From: a bacterium
Lineage (GTDB): Archaea; Micrarchaeota; Micrarchaeia; Micrarchaeales; CABMGC01
Reading direction: 5' to 3'
Assembly (NCBI GenBank): GCA_021829835.1
Contig: JAKBPE010000003.1
Location: 3,427-67,426, forward strand
DNA length: 64,000 bases
Shown: positions 41,705 through 50,825 of the stretch, one piece after another
Layout of the letters: each line of letters starts with the position of its first letter
Numbering within the stretch: position 1 is the first letter of the stretch
Notes under the pieces: generated by a model
What the model was told of the DNA's origin: nothing
The model's database searches: none
The model's input: the letters and a program-made list of their open reading frames with translations, nothing else
Position numbers and translations under genes: made by a program

Positions 41705-42514
41705 TCATATATCTTCGCCTATGACATTTCCATTAACTGTCACACCATAGGTATAATAGGGAGATTTGCTCATGAAGAAATTTCCGACAGCAATGAATTG
41801 ATTCTGCTGTGATGAGGAAGTCTGGGAGACATTAGATACTATGCGAAGTGTTACGCTCTTGCATAGCATTCCGGTAAGGTTTATGCTTGCAAATGTGAAT
41901 ATTCCAAGCGTGTTTGCGCCTGGTGCCGATGTTGTGTTATAATGATTTACAAGCAATTTATTTCCATTATATAGTATCTCTACATAGAGATTTTTGCTTC
42001 CTGGGGATGTTATCTGGAAGTTTAAATACGGTTCCACAACTACAAAATTTGAAGAGAGAATCCCTGGAAGAATCGGATGCGATTGTGAATAAGTAGTTGC
42101 GGCAAAATTACCGTAGTAGCCACTCCAAGGATTGCCATAATATAGCCCATTGTAATTTGCCTCGGATAGGTTTAACGGCCCGGTTCCAAAGCCTGTCCCA
42201 CTCGTAGACCATGCATAATATGTACCTGTGCTGAAATTTCCGTTGCCTACCCATACGTAAGAGGTATTTTGTGGTATGCAGTAAGTATTATTAGTTTTCA
42301 CCGTTCTGTTTGCAGGGAGGCTTGGCAAGGGAATATTTGCGCTCTCACTTTTTGGTGAGGTAATTGCATTTCTGCCTGTCGCTGTCTGATTTTTAGGCAG
42401 TATTGCCTTGCTTGGAGCTTTGCCTGATGAAGACTTGAGATATAGAGTAAGGCCTATTACGGCGCCAAAGATTACTACCACGAGTATAATTGCCATCCAG
42501 CTTTCCATAGACAT
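41705..42514 (-). CDS. Membrane-anchored extracellular protein
   Basis: N-terminal TM, Pro/Ser linker, beta-rich domain (NGNFSTG..W) with N-glycosylation sequons. Confidence 0.65.
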   Translation of the reverse strand: MSMESWMAIILVVVIFGAVIGLTLYLKSSSGKAPSKAILPKNQTATGRNAITSPKSESANIPLPSLPANRTVKTNNTYCIPQNTSYVWVGNGNFSTGTYYAWSTSGTGFGTGPLNLSEANYNGLYYGNPWSGYYGNFAATTYSQSHPILPGILSSNFVVVEPYLNFQITSPGSKNLYVEILYNGNKLLVNHYNTTSAPGANTLGIFTFASINLTGMLCKSVTLRIVSNVSQTSSSQQNQFIAVGNFFMSKSPYYTYGVTVNGNVIGEDI

Positions 42515-42562
42515 ATTTAAAAGGATGGATTTTTATCTTTAATTGTAAGATCGCTTAGCGGT

Positions 42563-43279
42563 TTAGGCTCTTACTTCACAACGGCCAACATAGCCTAGCC
42601 CGTTTATCTCTAGGCATGTCTTATCTAGAATATTTTTTGAATATGGTTTTACTAAAGAGAGTTTACGGTCCAGAGTTTTTTCTGAATTGAATTGCTGCAG
42701 ATAATAGGAATCTGCGCCTTTTATGGCCATTGAAATGCTTATCAGGTCAGAAGGGGAGACCAATCCAGGAACAACAGTTGTCCTGAATTCGTGTGTTATC
42801 CCTGAGTTTATTATTAGGTTTATGCTCTTTATTATGTTTGATACTACCGATGTGCCTTTTAATCCGGTAGCTTCTGCATATTTTGAATTGTCAAGACCTG
42901 TTTTGATGTCCATGGCAATATAATTTACAAGACCGTTTTTTATTATGTCTTCTACTTTGTAAGGATTTAGCCCATTTGTATCTAACTTTACGGAGAGGCC
43001 TATTTTCTTTATTTTCCCGAGAAATATTTCAAGATCTTTTTGCAGGGTGGGCTCGCCGCCGGTTATAGTTACAGCTTCTATAAAATTCTTGGATTCGTTT
43101 AGCTTTCCTAGAATTTCTTCCTCCTCATATATGTGCAAAGAACTGTAATCTCTTTTGACAAGACTGCCGTTATGACAGAATGGACAGTACATGTTGCATC
43201 CGGTAAGAAAGATGATGGAGGTTATCTTCCCAGGATAGTCAATCAGACTGATCCTCTGAAAACCCCCTATCTCGACCAT
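42563..43279 (-). CDS. nrdG: Anaerobic RNR activating enzyme (radical SAM)
   Basis: SLIDYPG, CNMYCPFCHN, TGGEPT, EFRTT. Confidence 0.95.
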   Translation of the reverse strand: MVEIGGFQRISLIDYPGKITSIIFLTGCNMYCPFCHNGSLVKRDYSSLHIYEEEEILGKLNESKNFIEAVTITGGEPTLQKDLEIFLGKIKKIGLSVKLDTNGLNPYKVEDIIKNGLVNYIAMDIKTGLDNSKYAEATGLKGTSVVSNIIKSINLIINSGITHEFRTTVVPGLVSPSDLISISMAIKGADSYYLQQFNSEKTLDRKLSLVKPYSKNILDKTCLEINGLGYVGRCEVRA

Positions 43280-43283
43280 GCTA

Positions 43284-43481
43284 TCAGGCTTTCTGCTCTC
43301 TTGCTTTGTCGTAGGTCTTTCTATCCGAAAACTCTTCTTTCTTTCCCTGGTTCCATTGGGATACTGGCCTTAGATAACCCACGATTCTGGAGTATACCTC
43401 ACACTTTGTCCTTTCGGATGCATGCATTTCAAGTATCGTCTTTTCATTTACATCTATCTCGATCTGTTTTTCGTATTTCAT
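43284..43481 (-). CDS. Stand-alone glycyl-radical domain of class III RNR
   Basis: CEVYSRIVGYLRPVSQWNQGKKEEF..R; SD AGGTGG and ATGA overlap with the nrdD stop. Confidence 0.9.
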   Translation of the reverse strand: MKYEKQIEIDVNEKTILEMHASERTKCEVYSRIVGYLRPVSQWNQGKKEEFSDRKTYDKAREQKA

Positions 43482-45496
43482 TTTTCCACCTTTTTAAGTA
43501 TAAGTTCATCGCATTTTGGGCAGTACTCGTGTGAACCGTATATATGGCCATGTTTTGGGCATACACTGAATGTCGGAGTTATGGTATAGTAAGGCAGCTT
43601 AAAATTCTCAGCAATCTTTCTTACTAAAGCTTTTGTGGAATCCACAGAAGGCATAGCTTCGCCCAGGAAAGTATGTATAACTGTTCCACCAGTGTACTTT
43701 GATTGTATTTCGTCCTGATGTTTCAATACCTCAAATACATCATCAGTATGACCTACAGGAAGATGTGAGGAATTTGTATAGTATGGAGCTGCGCCATTTC
43801 TGAATGAATCTTCGTTTGCGACGATTATATCTTTGAAGGCTTTTTTATCCTTTAAGGCGAGGGAATAAGCTGTGCTTTCTGCAGGAGTCGCCTCCAGGTT
43901 GTAGATGTGGTTAGTCTCAATCTGATAATCCTCAAGAACATCTCTCATGAAGTCTAGTGTTTTCAATGCGAACTTTCTTCCTTCGCTGCTGGCTATGCCG
44001 TTTTCCTTTCCGAGGAGGTTCATGCATGCTTCATTCATCCCTACTATGCCTATTGTTGCGAAATGGTTTTTCCAGTATTCTCCGTATGCTGACTTTATTC
44101 CGCTGAGATAATGCTTAGAATATGGATATAGGTTCATTTCGGTGAAGTTCTCAAGTGTCTTCCTCTTCACTTCAAGACCTTCTTTTGATACATCCATTAT
44201 TTCATTAAGGCGCTCGAAAAACCCTTTCTCATCCTTTGCCAGATAGCCTATTCTAGGAAGGTTTATGGTAAAGACACCTATTGATCCTGTTAGAGGGTTG
44301 GCTCCGAAAAGGCCGCCGCCTCTCTTCTTTAATTCTCGTGTGTCAAGCCTTAGTCTGCAGCACATGCTCCTTGCATCTTCGGGGCGCATATCGCTGTTTA
44401 TGAAATTTGAGAAGTATGGTATGCCATACTTCCTTGTCATCTCCCATATTGAATTATATCTCTCGTTTTCCCAGTCGAAATCCTTGGTTATGTTGTATGT
44501 GGGTATTGGAAAAGTAAATACCCTGCCCACCGCATCTCCTTCAGTCATTACTTCTGCGAATGCTCTATTGATCATATCCATTTCATTCTGAAATTCCGAG
44601 TACGTGTTCTCAGTTATCTTGCCTCCTATTATGACACCTTCGCTCTTGAGATAATCCGGTACTTTGAGGTCAAGGGTCAGATTTGTAAAGGGGGTCTGAA
44701 AGCCGACTCGTGTGGGAACATTCATATTGAATAGAAACTCCTGCATTCCCTGCAGCACTTGGTTGTAGTTTAGACCATCGTATTTGATGAATGGCGCGAG
44801 ATATGTATCAAAATTTGAAAAAGCCTGGGCGCCTGCGCTTTCTCCTTGAAGAGTGTAGAAGAAATTGACTATTTGCATTAAGGCTGTTCTGAAATGTCTT
44901 GCAGGTTTTGATTCAACCTTGCCCCTCGCTCCACCGAAGCCTCGTATCAGCAGGTCTTTAAGATCCCAGCCGACACAGTATGGACCCAGGACATTCAATT
45001 GGTGTATATGCAGATCTCCGCTTTGATGCATCATTCTTAGCTTTTCGGGATATATGCGGTTAAGCCAGTATGCGGAAACTATCTTAGAAGTAACATAGTT
45101 GTTCAGGCCCTGCAGCGAGTAATCCATGTTTGCGTTTTCTTTTACTGCCCAGTCTTTTTTGTATATGTAATCTTCAACAGTCTCTATGTCTTTAACCAGT
45201 GATGAAAGCTGCCTTATTTCCTTGTGCTGTTGCCTGTATAGGATATAGGATTTTGCAAGTTCGGGGTAGTTGTTTTCTATTAAGGTAATCTCTACAATGT
45301 CCTGAATCTGCTCTACGGAAGGCGTGCTTTTATAATACTGGTCTATCTTGTCTGAAACTTCTGAAGTGAGTCTCGCCGCTTCGTTTTCCGAACCTTTAAA
45401 ATTCACAGCAAGCATAGCTTTCTGTATTGCATCTTTTATTTTCTCAGGCTGGAAGGGAACCACTGATCCGTCTCTTTTTATTACAAAATTGGCCAT
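43478..45496 (-). CDS. nrdD: Class III ribonucleotide reductase catalytic subunit (ATP cone; lacks the glycyl loop)
   Basis: VIKRDG ATP cone, PYC, FTFPIPT, SMCCRL, EATPAES, YTGGT, C-terminal CPKH..CPKC then stop. Confidence 0.95.
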   Translation of the reverse strand: MANFVIKRDGSVVPFQPEKIKDAIQKAMLAVNFKGSENEAARLTSEVSDKIDQYYKSTPSVEQIQDIVEITLIENNYPELAKSYILYRQQHKEIRQLSSLVKDIETVEDYIYKKDWAVKENANMDYSLQGLNNYVTSKIVSAYWLNRIYPEKLRMMHQSGDLHIHQLNVLGPYCVGWDLKDLLIRGFGGARGKVESKPARHFRTALMQIVNFFYTLQGESAGAQAFSNFDTYLAPFIKYDGLNYNQVLQGMQEFLFNMNVPTRVGFQTPFTNLTLDLKVPDYLKSEGVIIGGKITENTYSEFQNEMDMINRAFAEVMTEGDAVGRVFTFPIPTYNITKDFDWENERYNSIWEMTRKYGIPYFSNFINSDMRPEDARSMCCRLRLDTRELKKRGGGLFGANPLTGSIGVFTINLPRIGYLAKDEKGFFERLNEIMDVSKEGLEVKRKTLENFTEMNLYPYSKHYLSGIKSAYGEYWKNHFATIGIVGMNEACMNLLGKENGIASSEGRKFALKTLDFMRDVLEDYQIETNHIYNLEATPAESTAYSLALKDKKAFKDIIVANEDSFRNGAAPYYTNSSHLPVGHTDDVFEVLKHQDEIQSKYTGGTVIHTFLGEAMPSVDSTKALVRKIAENFKLPYYTITPTFSVCPKHGHIYGSHEYCPKCDELILKKVEK

Positions 45497-45500
45497 ATAA

Positions 45501-45547
45501 CCACAACAGGTAGTGTTTTGAAGCTATTTGAATACTACATATTGCTA
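45501..45547. promoter_or_regulatory. Tandem NrdR-box-like operators upstream of nrdD
   Basis: ccaCAAcAggTAGtgt (45501-45516) and ataCTAcATATTGcta (45532-45547) versus consensus acaCwAtATaTwGtgt; 31-bp offset; TATA-like element adjacent at about 45546-45557 (minus strand). Confidence 0.65.
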
Positions 45548-45641
45548 TTTATATTTCCGCCACGGACCGCTGGAAAATCAAGTATATCCAAAATAGGATT
45601 TAAATAAAAAGGTAAAAGTATACTTAAGTATAGCTGAATTT

Positions 45642-46052
45642 CTAGTTTTTACTCGGTAATTCTGCTTTTTCGGGATTGTGCTGCAGGAATAGATAGCATT
45701 CTGCACACTTACGTTCGGTGCAGAGTGGGCTTGTCCCATATGCCTTTGTTCCGAATGATTTCAGATCCTTTATGATCTTCTCAAGTCCAAGACCGTTTTT
45801 CGTGAGCGTGTATTTAATATGTGTTACTCCGTTTTTTTTATATTCTGATTTTTTCACTATACCCGCATTGGAAAAATCCCTGAGTATCGCACTCAGGCCT
45901 CTTGGTGTTATCTCTTTCAACGAGAGCAGTATTTCGTTAAAGGATGTACTGCCACCTGCACCACTTATACTCTCTACTACAGGGATAGACCATCTCTTCC
46001 CCAGTATATGCAGAAGATTTAGGGTTGCGCATGATTCTGTTTCGGCTTTCAT
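45642..46052 (-). CDS. HxlR/DUF24-family transcriptional regulator with Cys-rich tail
   Basis: C...L..LGKRWS, FNEI, ITPRGLS..L, YTLT..G; C-terminal CTERKCAEC. Confidence 0.88.
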   Translation of the reverse strand: MKAETESCATLNLLHILGKRWSIPVVESISGAGGSTSFNEILLSLKEITPRGLSAILRDFSNAGIVKKSEYKKNGVTHIKYTLTKNGLGLEKIIKDLKSFGTKAYGTSPLCTERKCAECYLFLQHNPEKAELPSKN

Positions 46053-46177
46053 AATTGTTTTTTTGTTAATCTATTATAAAAAGCATACTTTTGATGATGT
46101 GGGTAGAGTTGCCCGATAAGGCATCCTTTGTGGTAATTAATAAAAGCTTTTCTTTCCTACTCTGCCTAGGTAATAGT

Positions 46178-46909
46178 TTGATAGAGTTTTTATTGCAGAC
46201 AGTGACTAACAGCAGTACGGTCATCAATAATTATGTTACTGCCGGGGCTACATATACGGAAAATACAGTAATTGTGCTGCTTACAATGCTGACTGTCCTT
46301 GCACTTTCAATACAGATTGCAAGAAGGTATTTCATAAGGGTACTTAGAAAGTTTACCCTCAGGCTTGCTGCTGATATCTGGTGGCTTATTTATGTAATAC
46401 TTAGAGATGCAAGCATATTTCTGGTTGTATTCATGGGTTTGATGCTCTTCTGGCCTGGAATATATCAGGACTTCCCTATAGCTATGCCCTTTGCTCCTCT
46501 GGCTATTGATTTCTTTGCAGTTGCTCTTGTACTCATGCTGGTTGTTGACACTGAAGACAATTCATTTTACAATAGCCTTGTCTCGATATTCGTAATAATA
46601 GGATCGCTCCTGTATCTTGGAGGTATAGTCTTCGTTACCGAAAGCGCAGTGCAATTGGCAAAACTTCCACCTACGGTGGCTACAAACACAGGAAATATAT
46701 GGGGTTTTGCTTACAAATATTTCAATTCCATGAATAATCCCACGCTTTCAATATACACATTCTATGTATCTATCACGATACTCGGAATATGCGGTCTGGT
46801 TGCCATAATCTACTCTTTTAACGGAGGAGTATTCAAGAGGGAGATAGAGCCTAAGGCAAATCCGATAGTGAAACAGGCAGATGTTCCTTCGCCTGCGCAA
46901 AAGAAGTAG
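46178..46909 (+). CDS. Uncharacterised multi-TM membrane protein
   Basis: About 5 hydrophobic helices; probable TTG start after AGGT; 5 nt from the ferredoxin gene. Confidence 0.7.
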   Translation: MIEFLLQTVTNSSTVINNYVTAGATYTENTVIVLLTMLTVLALSIQIARRYFIRVLRKFTLRLAADIWWLIYVILRDASIFLVVFMGLMLFWPGIYQDFPIAMPFAPLAIDFFAVALVLMLVVDTEDNSFYNSLVSIFVIIGSLLYLGGIVFVTESAVQLAKLPPTVATNTGNIWGFAYKYFNSMNNPTLSIYTFYVSITILGICGLVAIIYSFNGGVFKREIEPKANPIVKQADVPSPAQKK

Positions 46910-46914
46910 AGTGC

Positions 46915-47364
46915 ATGGCATTCAAATTTACCTTTGATGACAATACATGCATACAATGCGGCATATGTGGGGACTCGTGCCCCGTAAATGCGCTTGATTT
47001 CACAAGACCTAGGCATCCTAGGGTAGAAAATACAGACAGAGACAATACAGATACTGAATATATGACAGAGTATCCGATCCAGGTTTCGAAATGCACAGGA
47101 TGCATGATATGCCCGACTGAGTGCCCCGTCTCCTGCATAACCATAGTCAAGACTGTGAAAGAGCCAAAATATGCGCCAAGACAGGGACCTATGCTTGATG
47201 AAGAACCTACCAAAGATGAGTTTGCCCTTTCCAAATATACTAAAGCAAGGCCATACAGGATGAAGATGAAAGATCCTTGGGGGCATGAATATATCTATAT
47301 GCCCAGAAGAAGAAAATCTACTACTCAGACTTGGGAGAAGCATGATGAAATGAATAAGGGTTAG
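46915..47364 (+). CDS. 2x[4Fe-4S] dicluster ferredoxin-like protein with C-terminal extension
   Basis: CIQCGICGDSCP and CTGCMICPTECP. Confidence 0.92.
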   Translation: MAFKFTFDDNTCIQCGICGDSCPVNALDFTRPRHPRVENTDRDNTDTEYMTEYPIQVSKCTGCMICPTECPVSCITIVKTVKEPKYAPRQGPMLDEEPTKDEFALSKYTKARPYRMKMKDPWGHEYIYMPRRRKSTTQTWEKHDEMNKG

Positions 47365-47371
47365 GAGTGTT

Positions 47372-47941
47372 ATGAAGAGAGCGATTCTTATACACAGGGC
47401 AAAGGGAGACTCCACAAGCGATTGGATACCTTGGCTCGGAGAAGAACTTTCTAAAAAAGGATTTGAGGTTATCTCGCCAGATATGCCTGAATTTGATTCG
47501 GCATCTATTGATGAATGGGTGAGTGTTATCTATAATCTGATTGGAGAGCCAGATATGGATACATATATAGTAGGGCATGGATTTGGATCTCTTGTAGTAT
47601 TGAGATATCTTTCAACATTAAAGGAAGGAAGCAGGATAGGTGCTGTGTTTATGGTTGCGCCTTGGACTAAAGCAAAAAAGAACTGCATTGAAAAAACGCC
47701 AGACCTTAAGGAGTGGTTAAATGACTGGGTTTGGTGGAAACGGGCCAGGGATCATTCTCGGGACTTTTTTGTCTTCTATTCGGACAATGACAGGTGTGTA
47801 ACCGAAAAAGAGTCATTGGAATTCGGCAGGATGATCGGAGCGGAAGTGATACTTGAGAGAAATAGGGGACATTTTACAGAGAGTGATGATGTTACCCAAC
47901 TGCCTACGCTCTTGGAGAGAATTGTAAAGATTTCCGAATAA
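47372..47941 (+). CDS. RBBP9/YdeN-family alpha/beta hydrolase, probably inactive
   Basis: WIPWL, VAP, SDND, GHF family motifs, but GHGFG replaces the GHSLG nucleophile motif. Confidence 0.8.
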   Translation: MKRAILIHRAKGDSTSDWIPWLGEELSKKGFEVISPDMPEFDSASIDEWVSVIYNLIGEPDMDTYIVGHGFGSLVVLRYLSTLKEGSRIGAVFMVAPWTKAKKNCIEKTPDLKEWLNDWVWWKRARDHSRDFFVFYSDNDRCVTEKESLEFGRMIGAEVILERNRGHFTESDDVTQLPTLLERIVKISE

Positions 47942-47966
47942 ACGCCATTTGTTTTACCTGCTGCGT

Positions 47967-48818
47967 TTATTTTTCATATGTGTAGAACCCTTCACCTGAT
48001 TTTCTGCCAAGCTTGCCTTCTTTTACTAAACTTGCAAGCATATCCGAAGGTATGAATTTTGGATTGCCTGTTTCGGCATATATGGAATCCATTATATCCT
48101 TGCATACATCAAGGCCTATGAAGTCAGCAAGCTCCAGCGGGCCCATAGGGTGATTGAATCCCAGTTTTGCGATAGTATCTATGCCTTCTTTGTCTGCGGC
48201 TCCTTTTTCAAGCGCTATGATTGCCTCATTTATGAATGGCATTAGTATTCTGTTTGCTATGAATCCGGGATAATCATTTACCATTACCGCAGTTTTTCCT
48301 AGTTTGTCTATAATCTTTTTTGCATCTGATATTGCCTGTTCGGATGTCTCATCACTTACTATCAGCTCGATGGGCTTCATTACTGGAACCGGATTGAAAA
48401 AATGCATTCCGAGAAATCTTTTTCTGTTCTTAAGTCCGTTTCCAAGTTTATGTATGGGAATTGAGGAGGTATTCGTAGCTATTATTGAATTGTTGCCAAC
48501 ATATGCCTCTGCGTTTTTTAAAACGTCGGTTTTTATATCGAGATTTTCAGATACTGCCTCCATTACCAGTATCGAGTTCTCAATGTCGTGATAATCAGAT
48601 GAGAGATGAAGATTATTTAGCATATGTTCTGCCTCTCTTTCATTCAGGCTGCCTTTTTTTATCGCTTTGCTCATGCTTGTTCTTAGCCTTTCTGCCCCTT
48701 TATCAAGGGATTCTTTGTTTCTGCCTACAAGTATGACTTTATAACCAACCTGCAGGAATACCTGTGTTATTCCGGTGCCCATGTGCCCTGGGCCTATTAC
48801 GCTTATTTCATCTGCCAT
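47967..48818 (-). CDS. 3-hydroxyacyl-CoA (3-hydroxybutyryl-CoA) dehydrogenase
   Basis: GPGHMG, EAVSE, TNTSS, GMHFFNP, PMGPLELADFIGLD, GRKSG. Confidence 0.95.
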   Translation of the reverse strand: MADEISVIGPGHMGTGITQVFLQVGYKVILVGRNKESLDKGAERLRTSMSKAIKKGSLNEREAEHMLNNLHLSSDYHDIENSILVMEAVSENLDIKTDVLKNAEAYVGNNSIIATNTSSIPIHKLGNGLKNRKRFLGMHFFNPVPVMKPIELIVSDETSEQAISDAKKIIDKLGKTAVMVNDYPGFIANRILMPFINEAIIALEKGAADKEGIDTIAKLGFNHPMGPLELADFIGLDVCKDIMDSIYAETGNPKFIPSDMLASLVKEGKLGRKSGEGFYTYEK

Positions 48819-48819
48819 A

Positions 48820-50049
48820 TTATTCAACTCTGCTGACGACCATGGCCTCTGCGCCTCCGCCGCCGTGGCAGAGCGAGGCTATTCCCAGATCCTTTTTCCT
48901 GTCTTTTAGGGAGTAGATTAAGGTTGCAAGTATCATTGCGCCTGAGGCACCGAGCGGATGACCCAATGCCGTTGCTCCTCCGTTAACATTGAGTTTGTTT
49001 GTATCAATATTCATTCTTTTTACGACTCCGAGAACTTGCACGCAGAATGCCTCGTTTATTTCTACAAGATCCATATCTCCCAGAAGATGTCCTGATTTGT
49101 TTAGGGCCTTGTTCATGGCAGTTATTGGTGCGTAGCCGTACCAGCTTGGATCTATACCTGAACTTGCGTTGGATTCGATTTTAGCCAATGGTTTTACGCC
49201 TAGCTCTTTTACCTTGCTGCCAGACATGATGAGTGCGAATGATGCACCATCACTTATTTGTGACGCGTTTCCTGCGGTGACCGTTCCGTTTTTTTCAAAG
49301 GCAGGCTTTAGCTGTGCAAGTTTTTCCATGCTTGTGTCTTTTCTTATCCCTTCGTCTTCTGCGTAGATTCTGCCATCACTCAGCTTTATCGGTATTATTT
49401 CATCCTTGAATTTGCCTGAAGCGGTTGCCATGGCTGCCTTTCTATGGCTTTCGAAAGCAAACTTATCCTGGTCTTCCCTGCTTATGCTATCTTCCACCCC
49501 TATCTTTTCTGCCAGTGAACCCATATGCAGGTCGGCATAGCAATCCCACAAACCGGCATGGAGCAACTCGTCAACCATCATCGCTTTGCCTGAGTCTTCT
49601 CCAATGCTGTTGATATAATCATAGTATTCCTTGATGCTTGAATTTCCAAGTTTTTTAAGTCTTCTGGCTCCTCTTACCGTATGCGCCGCATTTGTCATGC
49701 TTTCCATTCCGCCTGCAATTACAATTTCAAGATTTCCAGTTTTTATGCCTTCTGCTGCAATGGAGATGGCTTTTAGCCCTGATGCGCAGACTTTGTTTAC
49801 ATTCAGGGTAGATATTTCAGGATTGAGACCTGCATACATTGCAACCTGTTTTGCGGGATTCTGGCCCAATCCTGCAGATAAGACATTTCCAACAATTGCC
49901 TCTTCGATAGTTTCCTTCTTTATGTTGTTTCTTGCCAATAATCCTTTTGCAACTTCTCTGCCGATCTGTACAGCTGAGAATTCTGAAAGTGAGCCCATGA
50001 ATTTCCCTATGGGGCTTCTGACTATGTCAACAATATATGCCTCTTCCAT
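48820..50049 (-). CDS. Acetyl-CoA acyltransferase (thiolase)
   Basis: NKVCASG, GGMESM, EINEAF, GHPLGASG, LCHGGG. Confidence 0.96.
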   Translation of the reverse strand: MEEAYIVDIVRSPIGKFMGSLSEFSAVQIGREVAKGLLARNNIKKETIEEAIVGNVLSAGLGQNPAKQVAMYAGLNPEISTLNVNKVCASGLKAISIAAEGIKTGNLEIVIAGGMESMTNAAHTVRGARRLKKLGNSSIKEYYDYINSIGEDSGKAMMVDELLHAGLWDCYADLHMGSLAEKIGVEDSISREDQDKFAFESHRKAAMATASGKFKDEIIPIKLSDGRIYAEDEGIRKDTSMEKLAQLKPAFEKNGTVTAGNASQISDGASFALIMSGSKVKELGVKPLAKIESNASSGIDPSWYGYAPITAMNKALNKSGHLLGDMDLVEINEAFCVQVLGVVKRMNIDTNKLNVNGGATALGHPLGASGAMILATLIYSLKDRKKDLGIASLCHGGGGAEAMVVSRVE

Positions 50050-50057
50050 TCAAACAC

Positions 50058-50825
50058 CTATTTCTCTCTGTTTTCCTGTTTTCTATGCCTGAGAAAGGCA
50101 TTTATCCCATTCTTTCCTTTTTCGCTGATAAGATGCTCCACAAATTCCTTCTTTTCTTTTTCGTAATCGAATACTATGCTTCTAGTTATGCTTCTTTTTC
50201 TTTCTATAGCTGCAGTATACCCGTTTTCCATTATCTCTGAAGCCAGCCTGGTTGCCTCCGAATCTAGATCTTGATTGCCTACAAGTAGGCTTACAAGACC
50301 GATTTTCAATGCTTCCTCTGCACTGAAAGTCTTGCCAGTCGATATTAGCTCTTCGGCCTTCTCCCTTCCTACTATTATGGGAAGTTTATGCTGTGCGCCT
50401 CCGCCTGGCACTATTCCGAGAGTAGTTTCTGGCTGGCCGAATACTGAATCGTAGGAGGCTATTCTTATATCGCAGGCTATTGCAAGCTCGTTTCCTCCGC
50501 CTAGACAGTATCCATGTATAGCCGCTATGAATGGCTTTTCGATCAGCTCTATCTGGTGAAATGCTGAGTAGATGAGATCGTAAAATTCTCCTGCGTCTTT
50601 TTTGTTTTCCAGACTATATAGATATTCAAGATCCGCTCCTGCAGAAAATGCCCGAGTACCAACGCCTTTTATTATTGCGCATTTGCAGTTTTGATTTTCT
50701 GAAATCTTATTTAACGCCTGTTTTAGCTCATTGATGGTATCTCTGTCAAGTGAGTTCAGCTTGTTCGGCCTATTTAGCGTTATCTCTGAAATGGTTCCTT
50801 CTTTGTATATTATATTTTGGTTCAT
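50058..50825 (-). CDS. Enoyl-CoA hydratase/isomerase
   Basis: LNRP..LN, FSAGADL, GGGNELA, PE..LG.VPG.G. Confidence 0.95.
   Translation of the reverse strand: MNQNIIYKEGTISEITLNRPNKLNSLDRDTINELKQALNKISENQNCKCAIIKGVGTRAFSAGADLEYLYSLENKKDAGEFYDLIYSAFHQIELIEKPFIAAIHGYCLGGGNELAIACDIRIASYDSVFGQPETTLGIVPGGGAQHKLPIIVGREKAEELISTGKTFSAEEALKIGLVSLLVGNQDLDSEATRLASEIMENGYTAAIERKRSITRSIVFDYEKEKKEFVEHLISEKGKNGINAFLRHRKQENREK

Noticed and set aside
43470-43490. Sequencing or programmed frameshift fusing nrdD with the small ORF at the A-run
   Set aside because: A proper SD and ATGA overlap point to coupled re-initiation; kept only as the refutation test
45619-45632. Palindrome TATACTTAAGTATA (core also at 10281)
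   Set aside because: AT-only, TATA-like sequence in intergenic DNA; no independent support as an operator
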